Positions 52,661 to 64,000 of a stretch of 64,000 bases of DNA are shown here, in pieces (the stretch's first letter is position 1; every line of letters starts with the position of its first letter). Position numbers and translations under genes: made by a program. The stretch comes from Octopus sinensis (lineage: Eukaryota). The stretch covers positions 22,010,001 to 22,074,000 of the forward strand of contig NC_043003.1 in NCBI RefSeq assembly GCF_006345805.1, given 5' to 3'. The notes beneath the pieces were generated by a model. That model had not been told where the DNA came from, made no database searches, and saw nothing but the letters and a program-made list of their open reading frames with translations.

Positions 52661-54699
52661 TTATTTATAACTTCCTTCAATCAGCCTAGCCAATAGTTAC
52701 ATTGTCATCTATCATACAGAAAAACAAGATGATCAGCTTCCCTATCCAGTAGTCAACTCACTCATTGCACCTATTAAATTATTTGCCTTCTCCAAAACAT
52801 TGAATATAATTTCTCTCTCTCTCTTTCTCTCATTAAATTCTTTCCCATGACCAGTGCTTAAATTTCCTCTCTTCCATTAGCCTCTATTATTTCAGTTCTA
52901 GTTTTCTAGCATCAAACTGGCTCTCTTGTTCAGTTTTTAACTTCTTGTAGTTAAGTGTGCTAAAAATATTGATGTTGTTACCTAATACATACATTAATTA
53001 TTGGCATTAGGAAGGCTGTTTAATTCTTACAATTCTTCCAGTAATTCATGTGGAGTATTTACACCCTCCAACATATATTAGTATTCAAGACAGGGTATGA
53101 AATGCATCAGCACAAATTAGATATATGTGTTCAAAGTATTGTATGACGAATGTCCTTTTATTTTAATAGCTATGTAATAAGGTTTTATTCTTTTTTCAAT
53201 TAAGTCTGTTTAGATGGGACACCATTGTGTCTAAGTGATTTACATTATAACTTCTTGGAAAAGCCATTTATTCCACAGTGGTACCATTATACCATTTGTA
53301 TTATTTTGAATGTATATCTCCCTCTGGTTCTATTTAAATCTGTCACTTGTTGAGCACTGTTTTGCAACTGTTTGCTATGAGATATTTCTAACTCATATTA
53401 AAATTAATGTGCCAAACTCACGTTTTTCTTTTGTAACCATCCATCAATATTGAAGAATGTTCTATGTTAGCACCCTAATTACTCTTGGTTACAATAGGTC
53501 TGTATTTTAAATATAAGATGGCTCACAGGGAAAATTATTCATCTATTTCTAGATACGAATTATTGTTGTTTCTGGATCCCATTTTCCCCAGATCTGTTAT
53601 TTATTACATTCTGTAGTGGTTTAGTGGACTGTTGTAGCTGTCAGCTGCAGATTCCTGTCAGACAGTCTTGTTGGTATATTGATAGCTTTGCATTTGTGTC
53701 TATATTTTTTTTGTTTTTTTATGTATTTCTTTTTAGTTTGTTTTTTTTTATTTGAATATGTTGTTTACATAAAGAGGTTTCTTTTAGTTTGATTTATTTT
53801 GAAATCAATCCATTATTAAGTATATTCAGTCCCAGTTTTGCTGCTCTTGGTGTCCATATGTTTATTGCTCTAGAGTGTAGTAAGTCTCTGTATGGTATAA
53901 AAGTGTGTTACCAGTCACAGACCTACCTCTTCATTACTACTCTGTTATTCTATTTGCCTGCATTGATTTATAGGACATTTTTTTTTCCTCATTTCTTGAC
54001 TGATTCTCTCTCTTTTTAATTATGATATTCTTTCATGTTATGGCAGTCACCATATTTTATTCACACCAAATATAAAACAGTTTTTTTTTTTCCTTTTTTT
54101 TTTTAATAGCATGAGTGGTTAACATGTCAGAATTCTGACTTTGGAAGCAATGTGTTCAAGTTCTGCCAACATATTTACATATTTATATTTCGAAGCACCG
54201 TTACATACTCGTTGCCAACCAGACTGGAAATAAAAATGTTTAAGTTAGATATTCATTTTGTAAAGATGCCAGTAACTGGAGCAGCAGCAATGTCCATCTT
54301 TTCAGAACAAAGTCAATATCAAAATAAAATGAAATATAAATGTAATTACTTGGATACAAATTAATACACATAGCAATAGCTCTCGAGTTATCCTAGATAT
54401 GGAATAGTCAGCTAATTTGCCAATCTGTCAACTCAAGCAAATTGATAATGCAAAAGAAATTATTTGAAAAAGTTCACTATTAGTTTCCTCTGCCTTTCTC
54501 TCTTCTAAACTGATTATTTCATTCTTAGCAAGATCATGCCAGAGTTCTTGTTGTTTCTCTGAGAATGCACTCCTCTCTGCTTCAAACCAAAATAGTATTT
54601 CAGGTGTAATAAAAAAAAAATTTAAAAAATCAAAGATGTAAAGAAGTTATATGTTAAGCACTCAGCATTTCTGTTAAGCAGTATTTCATGACACTGTAG

Positions 54700-54985
54700 C
54701 CTCAAGGTTAAGATACTCTACTCTTCACCAATATGATCATAAGTTCAAATCTCATGACTGTGTTTATTAAGGTGGTGGGCTAGTAGAATCATTACTGCAT
54801 TGCACAAAATACTTGGTGGCATTTCTTGCAGCATATTACATTCTAAGTTCAACTTCTGCTGAGTTTGACTTCACTTGCAATTTTTCATGGTTGAAAAAAA
54901 ATAAATACCAGTTGAGTACTGGGATCAATTTAACTGACTTGATCTCTCCTCCTAAAATTGCTGGTCTCGTGCCACAGTTTGAAAC
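54700..54985 (+). mobile_element. SINE family E
   Basis: aagttcaacttctgctgagtttgacttc..aataccagttgagtactggg..gctggtctcgtgccacagtttgaaac. Confidence 0.7.
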
Positions 54986-54990
54986 TTTAA

Positions 54991-55208
54991 CCCTTTAGTG
55001 TTCAGATTAATATATCAAAAGTAATCCTTATTTATTTACATTTTTTAAAATGAATCTGGTATTATTTCGTAGCTTCAAGAGTTGAAAGTTGTAATTGTTT
55101 TTTTAAAATGACATTGCAGGGTAGGTGTGAGACACTGGTTCTGGCCAGTTTGAGCATAAAATGAGTAGAATATTTGGGCCAGATACAGTCGGTTTAAACA
55201 CTAAAGGG
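54991..55208. mobile_element. piggyBac-type MITE family P1
   Basis: TTAA|ccctttagtgtt..aacactaaaggg|TTAA, perfect 12-bp TIR. Confidence 0.9.
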
Positions 55209-55731
55209 TTAATGTTACCTTTATGCTCTTTGACAGGATACATAACTCTGCTTATACAGTTTTCCTTAATGATGAGAAGTTCTTCTCCTGTTGATCATTA
55301 CATGGTTAGCAGCAGGAAGGGGATCCATCAGTAAAGCAGAATTTCTCCAGCAACAAAACCATCGCAAGCAAGTAAATAGAAAAAAAAAAATGGTCATAAA
55401 ATGTGTTGGGGTTGGGAATAGGTGTATTAATAACTTTATTATTGTTGTTATTAAGACAAAATATAAGTTTATTTTTAAGGTGCTTCTAATTTGCTCAGTC
55501 ACAAAATAGTCATGGCATATTGTAGTAGTTTGTGGAAATATCAGTGTAATTCTACCACAGTAACAGTTAGTGGTCTCTTAATTCAAAGTCTAATTTTCAT
55601 GCCTGGTAATAGTTCCTGCAATTAACAACCCACAAGTATATTAGCTAGCTAAATTTTGTGCTCTGTATTTTGCATCAGTAGAAAATACAGCTTTTGTAAG
55701 GGATGTGTGTGTGTGTGTGTCTGTATATATA

Positions 55732-56974
55732 CAGGGTGCGATGGGTAAATTGTTGTTATTTTATATTTTTAATTTCATGTATGCACATTGTTGGCTTTTG
55801 ATTTTGTCGACTATTCAGTATAGTAGGTTCTGTTGGACACCGTCTGTGAGAAAAATAGCACCATAACACAATTCACTCTGCCAGAAATTTGGAAACAACA
55901 TGCTGTACTGCTTGATATTTGCTCTAGAAGCTCTAATATAAACATTTCAGTGTGTTTGGGTGTCAATCTGAGGACAGTGTAGAGGATTCGGAAAGAGTTG
56001 GATGAGTCTAATGGTGGTTACGAAGGTACTGCAGCTCAGAAAACTCACTCTGATTGTTCTGATAAGAAAAGAACTGAATTTGTTGGTGAGATCCAAGCCA
56101 TGATTGACAACGATCTCTCCAAATCAATCAGGTCCATTGCCAGGGATACAGGAGTGTTTCTTATCAGGCAGGTAGTGCATGAAGACATTTGGTATTCCTC
56201 ATACAAGATGAGAAAGGGCCAATTTTTATCCCTGTGCTATGAAGCTTTTGAACAAATTCAAACATCTCCTCCAACCGAACATGCTTTGGTTTATCTCAGT
56301 CAAGAAAAATTTCTGACAGGATCAGATGGTGAACACACAGAATAACTGTTGGCTTGCTGTATTCCCAAAACATGTACCAAGAATGATAAAAATCAAACAT
56401 CCAGTCAACATTATGGTGTTTGAAGTGATCACTATTGATGGTGACATTATGCCTCCATTCATCTTCCCACTTCGCTTCAGACTCAACACGGAGCCCTACA
56501 TCGAGTACCTGGAGGAGATAGTGCTGCCCTGAGTCAAGAGAGTGGCTGCTGGAAGACTCTATGTCTGACAACAGGACTCTGCACCATGCTACGCAAGCAG
56601 TAGAACTCTGTCATGGCTGTCAGACAATTTCTGCAACCACATCACCCCTAACATCTGGCCACCTAACTCCCCAAACTGCAACCCCCTTGTGAGAAACCAA
56701 TAAAACTCTTTGTTACACCAAAGATGAACTGAAGGCAAGGATTATGACAGCATTCACCAACTTAAACAAAGAGACTGTCCAGAAGAGTTGCAGGAGATTC
56801 CAAAGTCATCTGGAGGCCATGGTTGAAGTGAATGGCAATTTTATTGAATTAATTTTCTCTTTAGTATTTCAAGATATTTTTATGTAATTTTGGTACATAT
56901 ATCTGTTAAAGTAAGATGTCAGTGTTATTTTCATTTTTGTGTAGTTTAGATGACAATTCATTCACTGCACCCTG
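55732..56974 (+). mobile_element. Decayed Tc1/mariner element of DD37D (maT) type
   Basis: TA|cagggtgc..gcaccctg|CA ends; KSIRSIARD HTH, SQEKF/VNTQNN, KHPVNIMVF, QQDSAPC..WPPNSPNCNPL with 37 residues after the second Asp; a small deletion removes the third Asp codon. Confidence 0.85.
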
Positions 56975-57439
56975 CATACACACACACACTTGCATGTAAG
57001 AGTGTATATGCTTCTGTGGATGAAATGACCGAATGAATACAATATTAGCCTACCAGCTTGTAGCATATGACTTTTTTTTATCTGTAGCATAGCTTTTGAT
57101 AGGTTATTGTGTAAGGTATTTAAATCACTTTGCCTCTGTGTAATTAATATCATAGGATTTGTACCAGACCTTCTTGGAATGTTATTGGGAGCAACTGAAT
57201 CTTGTGGTAAACATTGCTTTTATGAACCTCTTAAGCTGTGGCTCATCAAGATTTGATCACATTTAAATTTTGATCTAACTGCGTCAGACTCAAATCTTCT
57301 TTAATCTATATTATTCATCTACTTTGTGGTGTGTTATGACAGCTCACTTCTTTTATTTTCTACGTACATTAACCAATGCCTGACAAATCAGTTATGTGGT
57401 CTCATAACATATTTTGAAATATGGCCTCTTAACCTGCTA

Positions 57440-57643
57440 TAACTATATATCTACTTAACATAGACATAGCAGACAAATCTCTCTCATATCGCACCTTGCC
57501 TGTCTTACAAAATCAAGAGATGCATTGGATAATGTGATCTTAGATACACATTGTCTGATAACAAAGCGGGTGGTAACAACTGGAATACCTTTGATCATAG
57601 CCCTGCTCTTTCATAGAATGATCTGGTGCTAAACAACAACAGC
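57440..57643 (+). mobile_element. SINE family G 3' part
   Basis: gcagacaaatctctc..gaatacctttgatcatagccctgctc..gctaaacaacaac. Confidence 0.75.
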
Positions 57644-57711
57644 AACCATCGCCTGTTTAATCCTCTTACCTTCTCAGTTTATTTACACTCAGTCTATGCA
57701 TGTTTCTGGTT

Positions 57712-57900
57712 TACATCATCGTTATCCTTTAATGTCTGTTTTCCATGTTGGCATGGGTTGGATACTTTGACCAGAGCCAACAAACTGGGGAGCTGCACCA
57801 GGTCCCGGTCTGATTTGACTTGGTTTCTACAGCAGGTTGCTTTTAACATAGCACCAGCATGAGTGTTTTTATGCGGCACTGACAAGAGTGTCACTTGCAC
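57712..57900 (-). mobile_element. SINE family B
   Basis: catcatcg..tttccatgttggcatgggttggatac. Confidence 0.8.
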
Positions 57901-58092
57901 AGAACTCTTGTAAGCCAATCCTCGTCAGCAGAGAAAGTGGCCTTAACCCTTCTGCTGTGGAGGACAGGTATCTCAGTCTTTTGTCATCTCATCTTGAGGT
58001 CGTCCTTTAGTTTAAATGAAATATTTTCACCTGATATCATCATCACCTTAGTGTTCACTGTTCCTTTCTTGCATGGGTTGGATGAACAATTA

Positions 58093-59552
58093 TTGGGTTG
58101 GCAAGAAAGTAATTTCAGTTTTATAGTGTGAAATAAAAATCCTTTTTTTTTTCTCTCTCCATACAAAGAATGAAATTTAATCCTTAATATGTTCTCCATT
58201 TTGTTCGATGAACTTTTGCCATCTGGCAACTTCATGATTCCGCACTCATAGAACTTCTGGTCCTTATCAGCCAAAAACTGAAGCAAGTGTGATTTCAGGT
58301 CATCATCATCATCGTTTAGCATCCGTTTTCCATGCTAGCATGGGTTGGACGGTTCAACTGGGGTCTGTGAAGCCAGAAGGCTTCATCGGGCCCAGTCAGA
58401 TCTGGCAGTGTTTCTACGGCTGGATGCCCTTCCTAACGCCAACCACTCTGTAAGTGTAGTGGGTGCTTTTTTCATCATTATTGAAAATCTTACCATTCAA
58501 AGAATTTTGCAAACTTTGAAATAAATGGTAATCTGGTGGTGCAAGGTCAGAGCTATTTACTGGATTTGACATCACTTCCCAACCAAGCTCCAATAATTTT
58601 TCTTGAGTTAGCAAATACATGTGTGGTCTAGTGCTGTCATGTTGGAACACAATTCCTTTATGATTTGCCAATCCTGGCTGTTTTTCTTTTTGATTGCTTC
58701 CTCCAGTTTCATTAGCTGTTGACAGTAAACACCTGAATTGATTGTTTGGTTCCTTCGAAGCAGCTCAATATGCACAACACTTGTAACCCCACCAAATCGA
58801 CAGCATTACCTTTTTTTGCTGCTATAAGCTTTCGATGTGGTTTGTGCTGGTTCATTGCGTTTGGTCCATGGTCGATATTGATTAATGTTGTTGTAGACAA
58901 TCCATTTTTCATTACCAGTGATGATTCGTTAAAAAAAAAAAAGAGAGAGGTCAATTTCATTGCATTTGAGATGCCTATCGCAAATGTTGACTTGTGTTAA
59001 GTGAATCTCATTCAGTTTATGTGGAACCCAAATATCAAGCTTCTTAATGAGTTCAAGACATTTTAAGTGATTTTCAGTTGTTGTGTGTGATACAATTAAC
59101 CTCTCTGCAATCTCTTGCACAGTTATATGACAATCAGATTCAGTTATGGCTTTGATTCAGTCATCACCAACTTCAGTAGGTTGACCAGAATGTTGGTCAT
59201 CTTTGAGTGAAATATCTCCAGAATGGAATTTTTGAAACCATTTCTGACATGTGCATTCTTTTAAACAATGAATACCATAAACTTCACATATCTCTTTGTG
59301 AGGCCTCAGCAACTTTCTTGCCTTTATGGAAATTAAAAGGCAAAATATGGCAAAAATGTTTATTTTTGCGCTCCTTGTTAAAATTGACACTGAACTAACA
59401 GCTGTAAACAAAATTATGTGCAATTTGCTTCTAAAGTAAGCTAAAAGTAACGGCTGTCAAAAGGAAAAAATCATAACATTGACAAAAGTCATTCAAAAAA
59501 ATCGTAACTCTATCTATTTGCAATAAACGAAATTACTTTCTTGCAAATCCAA
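58093..59552 (-). mobile_element. Full-length decayed mariner (DD34D) with a SINE insertion
   Basis: TA TSDs; TIR ttgggttggcaagaaagtaattt / aaattactttcttgcaaatccaa; minus-strand WFQKFHSGD, WVPHKL, FQHDSTRPH..SSDLAPPDYHLF (D-34-D). Confidence 0.95.
58300..58471 (-). mobile_element. Young SINE family B nested in the mariner
   Basis: Interrupts the mariner codons for FNNDD|DLKSHL; tcatcat on both sides. Confidence 0.93.
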
Positions 59553-59637
59553 TATATAGATACTCCTTCATTGGCTCATGCTGTTGTGTGTTACACAGGT
59601 TGGATTTAAAAAAAAAAAAATGTTAAAAGAAAACAGT

Positions 59638-59790
59638 TTCAGGAGTTGGTACTAAATCCAAAGATGTCACTTGTTTGGGTCCAGCCTGTGTGGTTACCAT
59701 GTTTACTGTAACAGATTTTAGACAAGTTTGTCCATCCAGGGCCTGTTGATGCATGCAGTTTGCTTTAGATGCTCCAACTGTTAAGATTGT
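59638..59790 (+). pseudogene. Decayed duplicate of part of exon 62853-63233
   Basis: 59648-59702 matches 63011-63065 at 51 of 55 nt; weaker similarity (gcag..ccaactgt..aga) continues to about 59790; in-frame stop after GTKSKDVTCLGPACVVTMFTV.. Confidence 0.8.
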
Positions 59791-59794
59791 TTCT

Positions 59795-60006
59795 ACTTTA
59801 GGCACAAAGCCTGAAAATTGGGATGGGGGAATTGATAGTCAATTGCATCAACCACAGTACACAACTGGTACTTATTTTATTGACACCCAAAAGGATGAAA
59901 GGCAAAGTTGACCTTGGCTGGATTTGAACTCAGAATGTAAAGATGGAGGAAAATGCCACTAAGCATTTTGCTTGGTGTGCTAACAATTCTGCCAGCTCAC
60001 TGCCTT
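59795..60006 (-). mobile_element. SINE family E, full-length
   Basis: ggcacaaagcctgaaa..ggatgaaaggcaaagttgacc..aattctgccagctcactgcctt. Confidence 0.88.
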
Positions 60007-60586
60007 TTCTATTATTATTTTCTGAAGCATTGCTTGTTTGGTTACATTGATACTTTTGATCTCAGGTGATTCCCCCTCACACACCACTACTCCATTGAAG
60101 CACTCAGTTTAACTATCACAACTGACAGCCAGAACCATCCATTTTATGTTTGCAAGTTAAGATCATTGTGTACACGTGCACACACATGCACACACAAAAT
60201 GTACAGATATTTAAATGTGTATACCATCTGAATGTTACCATTTACATATAGTTCTTTAAAAAATAGATAAGTAAATCATTTATCAGTCTTTGTTATAAAT
60301 TTTCTACACATAAATGTAAATAAAGAAAAAATGTTTATAGATGTTTGTGAGGAAATAAAATTAAAAGTGAACATATATCTGAACAGAGAAGGCAGAGCCT
60401 AAATTGATAGAATACTAGACAGAGAGGCAAGAGGTTAGCAGTTCATGTGTTACCATTAGCTTTGAATTGTGACCTTGATGGAGAAACTGCACTCAGCTTT
60501 TAAATCTTCCACACAATGTAGTGTAGTTGTTTGCTGTTAACTGAAGTAAGAATATAAAGTAGATAATTTGTTGCATTAGCTTATAG

Positions 60587-60589
<3 letters not shown>

Positions 60590-60646
<57 letters not shown>
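60590..60646. repeat. (GA)n microsatellite
   Basis: Directly visible. Confidence 0.97.
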
Positions 60647-62029
60647 CGGGTACTGTTGAGTTACCTTAGATACACTGCTATATAAAGACAGTTATTCAGT
60701 GGTGATCCTGTAGATTTGAACAATAAGGAAATATTTTCTGCAAATTTCTTAATGTTGTTCAAGAACATGATTCAATTTATTTATTGCAAAGTGTGTTTTG
60801 TTTTATGGATGCAGTCTTTTTCATGTTACAATTTAGCAGCAATAAATTATCTTTTAAATGTTTGCTTTGCTCTAATTTGTACAGCAAATGCTATTTACCA
60901 CCTAGAGCTTTCACTTTTATCTTTTCATTAAAAACCTATAACGAAGAAAAGAATTGGTTTCATGTAAATTAAAGAGAAGTGAAATTAATGATCAGTCATC
61001 GAACATACGCTGTTTGTGCTTGTTGGAAACACTCTATTATGGGAGGAAAGAGAATTATTGTAACCAATTATTAATCTTTGTAAATTGACCATTAGGAAAA
61101 CTTTAAATAAGAAATGCAGTTTGTCATTATTAATTCCATAAGATTGTCTCACCTCTCATTATATGCACAGAAATATCTGGAAACATTTTGATATATAATT
61201 AGTTGAACACAACAGAACGAAAATATTTTCATTTTTATTTTGCTACAGTTTAGATTCTTTATTTGATAAATAATGGTTCTTCTGTCCTAACACGATGATA
61301 TTGAACTGTCAGACAAAACGTTAGCATTTATGACTACAAACTCTGAACACTTTACTAGAATATTTCTAAAAATCAAACGACAGTGATTTATTCTTATAAC
61401 AATCTAGCATTTTTCCATGGTATTACTATTGGATTGTCGTCTCTGCTCACTGCAATTAGCTTTTCCTCCTAATTAATCTAATGGCATAGTCGTGTAACAG
61501 CAACTTGCATATATAAGGATGTGATGCCCGCACATACAATGTCTACATTCCGTTCATCATCCATTGCGGAACAGCTGTGATGTTTAATCACAAATTAGCC
61601 TCTGTGTGATTGTGAGAGAGAGCGTGTATGTGTGTGTGTGTGTTGTGGTGTTGGTGAAGGGTTACACATGCACAAACTTGTCTTCCAATTGTTTTAGAGG
61701 AAGAGAATGTACCACCAAGGTGCATGATGTCCAAGGGAGGTAATTCAGGCAACCCCCTCCTCCTCTATAAACACGAAGTAAATTATAGTGCTTGCATGGA
61801 ATAACTATTAAATATTACATTATTCTGATTTTGTGTTTTTTTTCTCTCTCCATAATTGAAAGTTTCCTTGTATTGATTTGAAAGTAAATCTCAAATAAAA
61901 CAGTAGAGACCTAACAGAATATCAAAAGAAAAATCAACAATTTTTATAATCAGGGAAAAATTTGTCTGAAGAACATTAAATTGGTCTTCATAAAATAAAA
62001 ATCAAATACAAATCTAGAAGCGTGTGTGT

Positions 62030-62092
<63 letters not shown>

Positions 62093-62852
62093 ATCAGTAA
62101 ATTTCAAACAACTGAAATACCTCTTGGTGATCCAATAGCAGGTTGTACAACACAGACTGTTGCAGATCATCATCACAGCTAGCCATAAACTGCAGACTAA
62201 AACAAAGACATAGTCTCTTAAACAGAATGTTATAAAGCATCTCCAATTGATCTGACTTAATATTCTGTGCACACTGGCTCGGTTGTTCTCAAACTGTTGT
62301 GTAATTTCTGTATTGCAGCGGCAATGCAGTTATTTAGTGATTGGATATTCCTATTTATTTGTCCATGGTTTTCATCTCTTTTATTAATTCACTGTTTTGA
62401 CAGCAGCCACAGGGAAAGAAGTTGGTGGGGAAAAGTTATTTGTTTTGTAATAACATATACCATCTTAGATAATATATTTGGAAAATGTAACAATCTATTT
62501 CAGTGTGATAACCTGACTTTTCTTTCTCTATTTTTCTCTTTTTTTCCTTCTTTGAAAATCCTTTGATATTTTCATACCTCACAATAAAATTGTTACTTGG
62601 ATGATAAGTAAATGAAAATGAAAATAAAGAAATAGTTGACAGATTTTTCTGATATTCAGGAGAAAAGGTCTAGCCAGTCTTATGTTACTATTGACTTTTC
62701 AAGACAAATATATTTATATATACATATATATATTATTATTTTTTTTTTTGCGCACATTTAATCCAAGTTTCCATGGATTACCAGCTTCAAAAATTATCGT
62801 CAAATGGTGGTCACCCATTGTGTTGTTGTTGTTGTTTTTTTTCTTCTTACAG

Positions 62853-63233
62853 TATGTGGAGGAGGTGGAGGTGGCGGGGGAGAGGGAGGAGAAAGTTTAG
62901 CCAGTACTGATAGTCAATCTCAGGAAGTCCTAGTCCAGCAGCTGCCTGTGACCACATCTCCCGTTTTGCAGCTGCAGCAGTCGAATGGGGAGCAGCCGGT
63001 TCAGGTGGCTGGTACTGAATCCAAAGATGTCACTTCCTTGGGTCCAGCCAGTGTGGTTACCATGTCCAACGTGACAACTTGTAGTTCGATCTCTGCGGTT
63101 CCCAGAACTTTACCAGCCAGCACGGACGGAGGTGATACTGTAAAGGAAGCAGCAATTCCCATAGCAAGCACCCCAACTGTGTCAGACATCCCTGGCAGAC
63201 GAAATATCAGGCAGGCTTTGCGACCTAAGCGAT
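62853..63233 (+). CDS. Internal symmetric coding exon (phase 1-1, 381 nt) of the same protein
   Basis: Acceptor ttttttcttcttacag|; G from the previous exon plus TA gives Val, then CGGGGGGGEGGESLASTDSQSQEVLVQQLPVTTSP..SDIPGRRNIRQALRPKR; donor CGAT|GTAAAT at 63234; GC/CpG-rich. Confidence 0.8.
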
Positions 63234-64000
63234 GTAAATATTCCAATTATTTCCATTTTTTTCTCTTTGATCTTTTGTGACTGTGAAAAGAACCAGCAAA
63301 CTCATGCTTTATTAAACTTTTTACGCGTTTGTTTATCTTTTGCCCCAGGTAAAAAAAAAAGAAAGAAAAAGAAATTCCTTAATTTTTTTTTATTTATTAG
63401 TTTTTTTCCTTCCCCATTTATTGTGGTTGAAATGTTTGATTCTAATCATGATTAACAGACATTGGTTGTTATTTAGTTGGAATGTAGTTTGGCTTGCTGA
63501 TAATGCACTGGAATCTTGCACATTAAATCTATTGTTCTTCCCCTCCCCTCCCACTTTTGCCTATCCTTCTATCTCCACCTGTCTGTCTGTCTCCCTTCTG
63601 TTGGTTTAGCACTTGCAGAGAGATAACAAGAACTAACATCTTATGCAGTATGTTATGAAGCTTAGAATATCTAAATTTTTTTTTTTTTTTGTTGGTTTGA
63701 TACATGCTTGCACACAGAGATTTTTTTTGTATGCATATGTCCATGCACATGCTTAGGCAACTGAGTGCATGCACACATATTCACATACAAAGTGTCTGTA
63801 ATACCTGGGAGTAACTATGCTCATTTCTTATAGCATGCACTCACATACACTTAGCAAAACTATGTAAACTAATGCAGTTTAGATGGTTTTTTGCAAAGTT
63901 AGATATTTATTATCAAGTGAGACTTGTTTGAAAATAGATTCTGGTAAGATTATTATGCATGATTTAAACCTATCAGTCAGCTGCTTATGATGTGAATTTA

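Noticed and set aside
63190-63233. Naming the host gene ASXL/Asx from the RQALR motif
   Set aside because: A five-residue resemblance only; no HARE-HTH, DEUBAD or PHD sequence in the window.

Overview
AT-rich animal DNA, most consistent with a coleoid cephalopod (Octopus-like): long (CA)n/(GA)n/(TA)n microsatellites and dozens of copies of several tRNA-derived SINE families. The window looks like intronic sequence of one large + strand gene. Only two coding exons can be supported (50097-50406 and 62853-63233); they are phase-compatible and encode an unidentified low-complexity Ser/Gly/Gln-rich protein. The rest is a transposon graveyard: two full-length decayed DD34D mariners, a DD37D-type element, hAT (Buster-like) and pogo relics, piggyBac-, hAT- and pogo-type MITEs, a Helitron/Helentron-like non-autonomous element, and RTE, R4/Dong and CR1/Jockey-group LINE fragments. 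The strongest oddities are (1) a very young 5'-truncated RTE LINE flanked by a 113/115-bp target-site duplication, (2) a 93%-identical decayed copy of part of the second coding exon 3.4 kb upstream in the intron, and (3) head-to-tail SINE arrays and head/tail-swapped SINE chimeras. No CRISPR, rRNA or true tRNA gene is supported, and nothing here proves a wholly new biological system. SINE family letters (A-G) are my working labels. SINE and relic boundaries are approximate (about +/-20 bp); TIR, TSD and splice coordinates were counted by hand.
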